From: an uncultured Lachnospiraceae bacterium
Lineage (GTDB): Bacteria; Bacillota; Clostridia; Lachnospirales; Lachnospiraceae
Reading direction: 5' to 3'
Length of the DNA: 32,311 bases
NCBI GenBank assembly: GCA_964494285.1
Contig: CAZBRY010000001.1
Span: 4,405-36,715, forward strand
Shown here: piece by piece, positions 25,473-32,311 of the stretch
Numbering within the stretch: the stretch's first letter is position 1
Layout of the letters: every line of letters begins with the position of its first letter
Position numbers and translations under genes: made by a program
The notes under the pieces: generated by a model
Databases searched by the model: none
Told to the model about the DNA's origin: nothing
Seen by the model: only the letters and a program-made list of their open reading frames with translations

Positions 25473-26438
25473 ATGGATCAGAAGTTAGAAGCAATTTCTA
25501 AAATAGGAATCGTGCCGGTCATCAAAATAGAACAGGCTGAAAAGGCTGTGCCGTTAGCAAAGGCACTCTGCGAAGGCGGCATCCCCTGTGCGGAGGTGAC
25601 GTTTCGGACAACGGCTGCGCCGGAAGCGATCCGTGCAATGCAGGAAGCATTTCCCGACATGCTGGTAGGTGCCGGAACCGTATTGACAGTCGAACAGGTC
25701 GATCAAGCGATTGCATCCGGTGCGCAGTTTATTGTGAGCCCGGGCTTTGATCCAAAGGTCGTGCAGTACTGCATCGACAGGCAGATTGCGATCGTGCCGG
25801 GCTGCAGCACGCCGAGCGAGGTGGAGCAGTGCGTCGTCATGGGTCTTGAAGCCGTGAAGTTCTTTCCGGCGGAGGCGGCAGGCGGCATCTCCATGCTCAA
25901 AGCGCTTTCTGGGCCGTTTGGAAACGTAAAATTTATGCCGACCGGTGGAGTCAATCAGAAAAATCTTGCCGCGTATCTCGATACAAAGAACGTGATAGCG
26001 TGCGGAGGAAGCTGGATGGTCGATCCGGCGATGCTGGCGGCAGATGACTTTGAGGGTATTCGTCGTCTGACAAGGGAGGCAGTCAGCAGCATGCTCGGTT
26101 TTAAGCTTGCCCATGTCGGCATCAACATGGAGGACGAAAGCAGTGCGGACGCGCTGGCGGACGAATTTTCCGGCATGTTTGGCTTTGAAAAGCGGTCCGG
26201 GAACAGCTCCATTTTTGCGGGAGACGGCTTCGAACTCATGAAGTCCCCCTATCTTGGCGCAAAGGGACATATTGCGATTCGCACTAATTATATCGAACGG
26301 GCAGTTGATTATTTGAAACGGATGGGCTATGAATTTCAGGAGGATTCTGCAGCATATGATGCCAAAAACCAATTGGCGGCTATTTATTTCAAGAAGGATT
26401 TCGGAGGTTTTGCCATTCATTTATTACAAAAAAAATAA
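25473..26438 (+). CDS. eda: 2-dehydro-3-deoxyphosphogluconate (KDPG) / KHG aldolase with an extra C-terminal VOC (glyoxalase)-like domain
   Basis: Res 1-207 are a full Eda: GIVPVIK, CAEVTFRT, GAGTVL, FIVSPG, Schiff-base Lys in AVKFFPAEAAGG, and FMPTGGV. Res 208-321 are additional (LGFKLAHVGINMED...KGHIAIRTNYIERAVDYLKRMGYEF...GGFAIHLLQ). AGGAGG ribosome binding site. Confidence 0.88.
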   Translation: MDQKLEAISKIGIVPVIKIEQAEKAVPLAKALCEGGIPCAEVTFRTTAAPEAIRAMQEAFPDMLVGAGTVLTVEQVDQAIASGAQFIVSPGFDPKVVQYCIDRQIAIVPGCSTPSEVEQCVVMGLEAVKFFPAEAAGGISMLKALSGPFGNVKFMPTGGVNQKNLAAYLDTKNVIACGGSWMVDPAMLAADDFEGIRRLTREAVSSMLGFKLAHVGINMEDESSADALADEFSGMFGFEKRSGNSSIFAGDGFELMKSPYLGAKGHIAIRTNYIERAVDYLKRMGYEFQEDSAAYDAKNQLAAIYFKKDFGGFAIHLLQKK

Positions 26439-26450
26439 CGGAGGTAGATC

Positions 26451-27473
26451 ATGAATCATAAAGTAATTACATTTGGGGAAATTATGCTTCGGCTGGCGCC
26501 GGAGGGCTATCTGCGCTTCGTGCAGGCCGACACCTTTGAGGTGACCTATGGAGGCGGTGAAGCCAATGTGGCGGTTTCTCTCGCAAATTACGGGATGGAT
26601 GCGGCTTTCGTGACAAAACTGCCAAAGCATGAGATCGGGCAGGCGGCGTTTAATTCCCTCAGAAGATATGGCGTGGATACATCCCATATCGCAAGGGGCG
26701 GCGAGAGGCTCGGTATCTACTATCTTGAAAAGGGCGCGAGCCAGCGGCCTTCCAAGGTCATTTACGACCGTGCGGCTTCCTCAATGGCATCCGCTTCCAA
26801 AGAGGATTTTGACTGGGATCAGATTTTTGAGGGCGTTTCCTGGTTTCATTTTACCGGAATCACGCCGGCGCTCGGCGACAACATCGCCGAAGTCTGTCTG
26901 GAGGCATGCAGGGCAGCCAAGGCAAAAGGGATTATGGTAAGCTGTGACTTGAATTACCGCAAGAAGCTGTGGACAAAGGAAAAAGCGCGTGCCGTCATGA
27001 GCGAATTGTGCCGGTATGTGGACGTCTGCATCGCAAATGAAGAGGATGCGGGCGATGTATTCGGCATCAAGTCGGAAAATACGGATGTGACGAGCGGCAG
27101 GGTCAACCATGAGGGCTACCAGGAGGTGGCAGGAAAGCTGGCCGGTCAGTTTGGATTTAAAAAGGTGGCGATTACGCTTCGTACGTCTTTATCCGCCAAC
27201 GACAATAAGTGGGCCGCGATGCTGTATGACGGCGGCGAATGTTATTTCAGCAAAAGCTACGATATTCATATTGTAGACCGTGTCGGCGGGGATGCGTTCG
27301 GAGCAGGACTGATCTATGCGGTCATGAACGGCTACGAACCGCAGAAGGCGCTTGAGTTCGCAGTCGCGGCAAGCTGCTTGAAGCATACAGTCGAAAGCGA
27401 TTTTAATATGGTATCGGCAGAAGAAGTGACAGTGCTTATGGGAGGGGACGGCTCAGGAAGGGTGCAGAGATAA
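26451..27473 (+). CDS. kdgK: 2-dehydro-3-deoxygluconokinase (PfkB family)
   Basis: 340 aa. VITFGEIMLRLAP, GGGEANVAVSLANYG and VDRVGGDAFGAGLIY are typical of KdgK. GGAGG ribosome binding site. It starts 12 nt downstream of eda. Confidence 0.9.
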   Translation: MNHKVITFGEIMLRLAPEGYLRFVQADTFEVTYGGGEANVAVSLANYGMDAAFVTKLPKHEIGQAAFNSLRRYGVDTSHIARGGERLGIYYLEKGASQRPSKVIYDRAASSMASASKEDFDWDQIFEGVSWFHFTGITPALGDNIAEVCLEACRAAKAKGIMVSCDLNYRKKLWTKEKARAVMSELCRYVDVCIANEEDAGDVFGIKSENTDVTSGRVNHEGYQEVAGKLAGQFGFKKVAITLRTSLSANDNKWAAMLYDGGECYFSKSYDIHIVDRVGGDAFGAGLIYAVMNGYEPQKALEFAVAASCLKHTVESDFNMVSAEEVTVLMGGDGSGRVQR

Positions 27474-27510
27474 AAATGCTTTTGAAATGATATGCGCAGC
27501 TTCGCACGCG

Positions 27511-27571
27511 GAACAAAAGCTGTGCTGTCAAAGTATTTGGTCACGAGAGTGGACGAAGCACACTTTTGTTC
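27511..27571. terminator. Bidirectional intrinsic terminator candidate between convergent kdgK and uxuB
   Basis: GAACAAAAG(C)TGTGCT (27511-27526) pairs with AGCACACTTTTGTTC (27557-27571): 15 bp with one bulged C. A-tract and T-tract flanks can act as the U-tract in either direction. The 30-nt loop contains a small CAC-GAGA-GTG stem-loop. Confidence 0.6.
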
Positions 27572-27599
27572 TACGAGCAAGAGCTTAAAGAATTTCGTT

Positions 27600-29249
27600 T
27601 CAACGTATCAACAGATCCAGCGTTTTTCTTACGGCGCCGGGCGAGGCAAGCATTTCGCGGAAGTAAGTGCATACGAGGGGGGCGAGGCCGACGTCGTATA
27701 AATTCACTCCGAAAATATTCTCATTTTCTAAAATAGGTTTTATATGCTTTTCTATTTTTTCCAATGTGTTGTCCGCAGAGCCCAGTGTCAGTCCCTCCAA
27801 ATGAGGGCGCAGAGCGTCTAAAAGAGGATCGGGACTGAGTTCAAAAGGGTTTCCGTTGTCATCGATGCCCATAAGATAACGGAGCCATCCCGCAAATACC
27901 AAAGGAATTCGCTTTAAGTCGGAAACATTAAGCGCGGGGGATGCGATATAGGCCTTGATCGTTTCGCCGAAGCGAATAGCGAGCTTCTGGGAAGTATCCG
28001 TTGCAATGCGCTGCGGGGTATCCGGCATAAACGGATTGGGAATGCGCACGTTTAAAACGGTGTCAATAAATTGCCTTGGGTCCAGAATGCCGGGATCGAT
28101 TACTACGGGAAGTCCTTCCCCGTATCCGATTTCCTCCACGAGCCTGCGCAGAGCGTCGTCCTTCATTTCCTTTGAAATCAAATCGTAGCCGAGCACACAG
28201 CCAAACACTGCGAGAGCGGTGTGAAGCGGATTTAAGCAAGTGCAGACCTTCATTTTCTCCACTTTATCCACAGTTTCGCGGTCGGTGAAAATAATGCCGC
28301 CTTTTTCCAGCGCAGGGCGTCCGTCAGCGGCGCTGAAGACGCGGCGGCGACCGCAGGCGTCCTCGACGACGAGATACTGGCATTCCTCCGCATTTACGAA
28401 AGGTGCCACATAAGTATGCCTGGCCGTAATGACAAAATCCAGATCTTCTATGTCGTCCTTTGCAAGAATCGCTTTTATGGAGGGATCAGGTCTTGGTGTA
28501 ATTTTGTCTATCATAGTCCATGGAAAAGAAACCTTGGCGGGATTGCCGATATATTCCTGAAAGCCTTTTTCCGTCAGGCCGGATTCGCTCCATTTTTCCG
28601 CAAAGGCATAGACGGCTTCATAAAGGCGGGTGCCGTTATGAGAGCAGTTGTCCATGCTGACCATAGCTACCGGCGCTGCTCCGCCTTTAAAGCGCGTGTA
28701 AAGCAGGCTCGCGACTTTTCCGATATAGCTTTCCGGCACTTGTGGTCCGCGCTCCATGTCGGCGGCTACCGAAGGAAGAAGTCTGCCCTCGGCATCTGTA
28801 AGGAGATAGCCTTTTTCCGTAATGGTAAAGCTGACCATCTGCAAGGAAGCATTGGAAAAAAATCCGCGCAGCCGGTTGAACTCTTCCGGATTCTCCGGGC
28901 TTGCGCATACGGATTCCATTACGCTTGCGACCACCGTTTTTTCCACGGAGCCATCAGCCTTTAAGGTCACGAGAATGGAGAGATCATCATGGGCCGCGTT
29001 CATTTTTTGTATGATTTCATTATCGAAGCCTTCGGCAACGATGAGTCCTTTATCCAAAATCTTTTCATTCAAGAGATTTTGAACGACATTTGCCTGAAAG
29101 GCGCGGAAAATATTACCTGCGCCGAAATGAATCCAAAACGGAGCGGCCTTTGTCCTTTCTGCCACCGCATCCCGGTCATAGAGGGGAAGGGAATATCCTT
29201 TTTCCAACCATGCTTTTTTGTTATCCATCACAGATCGATCCAGTTTCAC
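27600..29249 (-). CDS. uxuB: Fructuronate reductase / D-mannonate oxidoreductase (long-chain mannitol dehydrogenase family)
   Basis: FWIHFGAGNIFRAF Rossmann start plus a mannitol-dehydrogenase C-terminal domain, directly downstream of uxuA. Start placed at GTG 29249, which overlaps the uxuA TGA as GTGA and has AGGAG 10 nt upstream. ATG 29228 is an alternative without a ribosome binding site. Confidence 0.82.
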   Translation of the reverse strand: MKLDRSVMDNKKAWLEKGYSLPLYDRDAVAERTKAAPFWIHFGAGNIFRAFQANVVQNLLNEKILDKGLIVAEGFDNEIIQKMNAAHDDLSILVTLKADGSVEKTVVASVMESVCASPENPEEFNRLRGFFSNASLQMVSFTITEKGYLLTDAEGRLLPSVAADMERGPQVPESYIGKVASLLYTRFKGGAAPVAMVSMDNCSHNGTRLYEAVYAFAEKWSESGLTEKGFQEYIGNPAKVSFPWTMIDKITPRPDPSIKAILAKDDIEDLDFVITARHTYVAPFVNAEECQYLVVEDACGRRRVFSAADGRPALEKGGIIFTDRETVDKVEKMKVCTCLNPLHTALAVFGCVLGYDLISKEMKDDALRRLVEEIGYGEGLPVVIDPGILDPRQFIDTVLNVRIPNPFMPDTPQRIATDTSQKLAIRFGETIKAYIASPALNVSDLKRIPLVFAGWLRYLMGIDDNGNPFELSPDPLLDALRPHLEGLTLGSADNTLEKIEKHIKPILENENIFGVNLYDVGLAPLVCTYFREMLASPGAVRKTLDLLIR

Positions 29250-30319
29250 TTTCTGCTTTCTCCTTTCTCGATGGCCTCCCACAGGCCGTTTAGATAAGCT
29301 GCGCCAAGCGCGCGGTCGTACAGTCCATATCCGGGCATGGCTACCTCTCCCCAGATCATACGTCCATGGTCGGGGCGGATAGGGCCGGTGAATTTAATAT
29401 CATAGAGGGCCTTCATGATTTCATACATATCGAAGGAACCGTCGCTGGAAAGATGGGCGGATTCTTCGAAATCATCCGGGCTGTTGAATTTCAGATTTCG
29501 TACATGGGCAAAATGGATCCTGCCCTCCAGGGCGCGAATCATGCTGGGAAGGTCATTTTCCAGGTTGGTGCCATAAGAGCCGGAGCAAAAGGTCACGCCG
29601 TTATGCGGGTTGTCCACCATCCTCATCATGCGCAGAATGTTTGGCTGGTTGATGATGATGCGGGGAAGGCCAAATACACTCCACGCAGGGTCATCGGGAT
29701 GGATCGCCATATTGATATCGTATTTGTCGCAGACCGGCATAATTTTTTCGAGGAAATAATTCAGGTTTGCGAACAGCATATTTTCGTCGATATCCTGATA
29801 CATTGCGAACAGCTCTTTAATTTTCTTCATCCGTTCCGGTTCCCAGCCGGGCATGATCGCACCGTTTGAGTCTCCGGAGATGGAATCGAACATGTCCTCG
29901 GGATTTAATGCGTCTACGGTAGCCTGGCTATAGGCGAGCACCGTAGAACCGTCGGGACGCACGCGGGCCAGCTCGGTGCGGGTCCAGTCAAATACGGGCA
30001 TGAAATTGTAGCAGACAAGATGAATATCCTCCCTGCCTAAATTTTCAAGCGTTTCGATATAATTGGCAATATATTGTTCCCGTTCCTCTGTTCCCGCTTT
30101 GATCGATTCATGAATGTTTACGCTCTCGATTCCCGCTATGTGAAGGCCGGAGGCTTCCACCTCTTCTTTCAACGCGCGAATCCGCTCCCGGCTCCATACT
30201 TCTCCCGGAGCCGTGTCATATAATGTCGTGATGACTCCGGTCACTCCGGGTATTTGACGGATCTGGCTCAGCGTAACGGTGTCAAATTTCGAACCATACC
30301 ACCTTAATGTCATTTCCAT
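29246..30319 (-). CDS. uxuA: Mannonate dehydratase
   Basis: 357 aa. MEMTLRWYG...TLSQIRQIPGVTGVITTLYD and collinearity throughout with UxuA. GAGGAAGGG ribosome binding site 10 nt upstream. Confidence 0.92.
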   Translation of the reverse strand: MEMTLRWYGSKFDTVTLSQIRQIPGVTGVITTLYDTAPGEVWSRERIRALKEEVEASGLHIAGIESVNIHESIKAGTEEREQYIANYIETLENLGREDIHLVCYNFMPVFDWTRTELARVRPDGSTVLAYSQATVDALNPEDMFDSISGDSNGAIMPGWEPERMKKIKELFAMYQDIDENMLFANLNYFLEKIMPVCDKYDINMAIHPDDPAWSVFGLPRIIINQPNILRMMRMVDNPHNGVTFCSGSYGTNLENDLPSMIRALEGRIHFAHVRNLKFNSPDDFEESAHLSSDGSFDMYEIMKALYDIKFTGPIRPDHGRMIWGEVAMPGYGLYDRALGAAYLNGLWEAIEKGESRK

Positions 30320-30358
30320 AAGTAACAGTCCCTTCCTCTAATCATATTCATTAATAGT

Positions 30359-30428
30359 TTACAATGTAATTTTATTATAGGTGGAAGGCGAAAAAAGTCT
30401 ATTGACAGAATTGCTGTTCACATTGTAA
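30359..30428. promoter_or_regulatory. Pair of 11-bp palindromic boxes, TTACAATGTAA (perfect) and TCACATTGTAA (one mismatch), in the uxuA/araC-type divergent region
   Basis: Box 1 (30359-30369) sits just downstream of a minus-strand TATAAT (30379-30374), at the predicted uxuAB start. Box 2 (30418-30428) overlaps the weak -10 region of a plus-strand TTGACA (30402-30407) promoter candidate. Centres are 59 bp apart. Confidence 0.35.
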
Positions 30429-30508
30429 AAGTTGCGATTTAATGTTATTCTAATAAAAACGTCTTCATTTACTCATTTAAGCTGCAAAAACGGATACGGG
30501 GTGTTAGC

Positions 30509-31384
30509 ATGAAGAAAAATTTACGCGCGGAATTTACAAAAAGGCAGTATATGCTTTCAAAGGATTTTGAAATTTATTATTACAGCGACAAAAATCTTCC
30601 GCAGGGAAAAATCCATATGCACCACTATCATGAATTCTACTTTTTTCTGGAGGGGGAGGTATCCATTCGGATCGAGGAGCAAATGCGGCCTTTAAAGCCG
30701 GGCGACATCGTTCTGATTCCCCCGAAGGTATCCCATCAGGCTGTGATACATCATTCGGGCAAGCCTTACCGAAGGTTTGTCCTTTGGATCAGCGAGGAAT
30801 ACTGTGAGCAGCTTCGGGAGCTGTCTGAGGACTACCTTTATTTCATACGGCATGTATCGGATACGGGAGATTACATTATCCATAACGATGTCATCGCCTT
30901 CAATACGGTTCAGGCGAAGGTTTTTCAGCTTCTGGAGGAGATCCAGGGTCAGCGGTTCGGAAGGGATGTCCGCATTGCGCTCGGCATCAACGGTTTGATC
31001 ATGCACCTGAACCGGATCATGTATGAGCAAAGGCACTTAAAATATCTGGAGGAAGGGCATCATCTGTACCGGAATTTGATTTACTATATCGAAGAGCATT
31101 TAGAGGAGGAGCTGACGCTTGATGCGATCGCAAATGAGTTTTTTGTGAGCAAATATCATATTTCCCATATTTTTAAGGAGAATATGGGGGTGTCCCTTCA
31201 TCAGTATATCATGAAAAAGAGGCTGTATGCATGTAAGGAAGTGCTGCTTGGAAATGTGAATATCAGCGAGGCTTACCAGTCCTTTGGCTTTAGGGACTAT
31301 TCCAGCTTTTACAGAGCTTTTAAAAAAGAATTCGGAATTTCTCCAAAGGAATTCAAAGATACGAGGCTTCCGTTAGAAACATGA
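30509..31384 (+). CDS. AraC-family transcriptional regulator (cupin sensor + AraC HTH)
   Basis: N-terminal cupin (HMHHYHEFYFFLEGEVSI...GDIVLIPPKVSHQ). C-terminal double HTH (LTLDAIANEFFVSKYHISHIFKE...FGFRDYSSFYRAFKKEFGISPKEF). No receiver domain. Confidence 0.88.
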   Translation: MKKNLRAEFTKRQYMLSKDFEIYYYSDKNLPQGKIHMHHYHEFYFFLEGEVSIRIEEQMRPLKPGDIVLIPPKVSHQAVIHHSGKPYRRFVLWISEEYCEQLRELSEDYLYFIRHVSDTGDYIIHNDVIAFNTVQAKVFQLLEEIQGQRFGRDVRIALGINGLIMHLNRIMYEQRHLKYLEEGHHLYRNLIYYIEEHLEEELTLDAIANEFFVSKYHISHIFKENMGVSLHQYIMKKRLYACKEVLLGNVNISEAYQSFGFRDYSSFYRAFKKEFGISPKEFKDTRLPLET

Positions 31385-31461
31385 TTCCCCATTGCATTGT
31401 GGACAAAAATACGTTACGATAGCCACGAAAGAACTTTTGTGAAGCAATGGGAAGAGTGGAT

Positions 31462-32311
31462 ATGAAAGATAAATTTATAAAATACTGGCAGAGAATGCCG
31501 CTTCGGCGGAAACTTCAAGTCATTATTGTAAGTGTGGGCCTGATTATGGAGGCAGTGGTTCTGGTCAATCTGAATATTCCCTATTCCTTTATCGATAATG
31601 TGAGGATTATTCTGGATGACAATCTGGCATGCTACCGGTTTCAGGATGCGCTGGACAATGAGAAGGATTTATTTTTACAATTCATGTCGGAAAAGAACCG
31701 GGAGACGGAAGAAAAATTTCGTCAGGCATGTAAAGAAACTGTAGGGTATTTGACTAATCTGCCCTATGACTATGCGCAGATAGGAGAGGAACGCTATTCC
31801 ATCACGTGGAGTATTAAAAATGCCTATGACGAATATGCAAAGCAGCGGGACAAGGTGACAGCCATGGACAAGGCGGAGGAGGGCTATATTACCGAGCTGT
31901 ACAAAACATACAGTATGCAGGACTATCTGGCTGCCTATGCCTCCAGGCTTACAAGAGCCGTGCTTTTAGAAGGAAACGGCTACTATGAAGAGCAGTTGCC
32001 GATATTGAAGCAGATGCCGTATATTCTGCTTCTGATCAGTTTTGCGGCATTCTGGCTCCTGCTGGCCATCATGCGCCTGTTCATGAGCAGTATCCTAAGG
32101 ATTGTGGGGCGCCTGGCCGAGGCTTCCGGAAAAATTGAAAAGAACGATTTTTCAGGCGCAGATCTGGACTGGAATGGACAGGATGAAATCGGGCAGCTGG
32201 TCAGCGCCTTTAATAAAATGAAGCACTCCACACAAGACTATGTGGTGGCCACGGAAGAAAAGAGGGTAATGGAAGAGCGTCTGTACCGGCAGGAGCTGGA
32301 GCGGGCAGAGC
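31462..32311 (+). CDS. Sensor histidine kinase, N-terminal part (TM - extracytoplasmic domain - TM - HAMP); 3' end beyond the window
   Basis: Not in the supplied ORF track because it has no stop in the window. The frame is open from ATG 31462 to 32311. MKDKFIKYWQRMPLRRKLQVIIVSVGLIM (TM1), MPYILLLISFAAFWLLLAIM (TM2), HAMP DEIGQLVSAFNKM, then a coiled coil (EERLYRQELERAE), as in YesM/LytS-type kinases. The kinase core is not visible. Confidence 0.6.
   Translation, partial: MKDKFIKYWQRMPLRRKLQVIIVSVGLIMEAVVLVNLNIPYSFIDNVRIILDDNLACYRFQDALDNEKDLFLQFMSEKNRETEEKFRQACKETVGYLTNLPYDYAQIGEERYSITWSIKNAYDEYAKQRDKVTAMDKAEEGYITELYKTYSMQDYLAAYASRLTRAVLLEGNGYYEEQLPILKQMPYILLLISFAAFWLLLAIMRLFMSSILRIVGRLAEASGKIEKNDFSGADLDWNGQDEIGQLVSAFNKMKHSTQDYVVATEEKRVMEERLYRQELERAE

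Noticed and set aside
25554-26420. 288-aa minus-strand ORF spanning nearly all of eda
   Set aside because: The opposite strand encodes a complete KDPG aldolase with the catalytic Lys, a strong ribosome binding site and a promoter. The antisense product is Arg/His/Cys-rich with no motif.
28416-29869. Plus-strand ORFs of 182 aa and 167 aa (28416-28964, 29366-29869) within uxuB/uxuA
   Set aside because: They are antisense to confidently recognised uxuB and uxuA and have no motifs.
1-32311. Scan for CRISPR arrays, IS or transposase ends, integrases, tRNA/rRNA genes, catabolite-responsive cre boxes (TGNAANCGNTNNCA) and known defence-system genes
   Set aside because: No intergenic gap exceeds about 227 nt. 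No spaced direct-repeat arrays, terminal inverted repeats flanking a transposase-like ORF, or cloverleaf-sized structured gaps were found. No convincing cre match was seen upstream of the GH13, eda or uxuA genes. No nuclease, ATPase or methylase defence-like ORFs are present.

Overview
Dense, almost fully coding 32.3 kb chromosomal segment. It looks like an anaerobic Firmicute (Clostridia/Lachnospiraceae-like), judged from AGGAGG-type ribosome binding sites, sigma-A type TTGACA/TATAAT promoters, lipobox lipoproteins, a Csp-like subtilase and hcp. All family calls are by-eye motif recognition on the supplied translations; no searches were run.

I support 28 CDS:
- 5' part: a 5'-truncated DinG-like helicase, nfo, a cytoplasmic GH13 amylase-family enzyme and a Cache/HAMP chemoreceptor.
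- Next: two tandem SGNH-hydrolase lipoprotein paralogs, a 1-phosphofructokinase-like PfkB kinase and a polar amino-acid ABC importer (binding protein, permease, ATPase).
- Middle: a cytidylate-kinase-like protein, a Csp-like S8 subtilase, an asymmetric heterodimeric ABC exporter, and a divergent Crp/Fnr regulator with hcp.
- One probable operon: a transmembrane GGDEF-EAL protein followed by three tightly coupled small genes (membrane zinc-ribbon protein, DUF5685-like protein, non-canonical J-domain protein).
- 3' part: a hexuronate/KDG catabolic locus (IclR regulator, GNAT, eda fused to an extra domain, kdgK, uxuB, uxuA, AraC regulator) and a 3'-truncated HAMP sensor kinase.

I saw no rRNA, tRNA, CRISPR array, IS or phage genes. 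Intergenic space is small, with the longest gap about 227 nt.

The best candidate for an undescribed system is the translationally coupled trio at 22037-23919. The DUF5685-like protein carries Cys motifs plus two Asp-rich motifs that resemble class I isoprenoid-synthase metal sites. The J-domain protein ends in a cysteine-string-like hydrophobic tail. Secondary points are the Eda-VOC-like fusion, an AT-rich GNAT islet, several operator-like palindromes and the degenerate ATP site of the ABC exporter.
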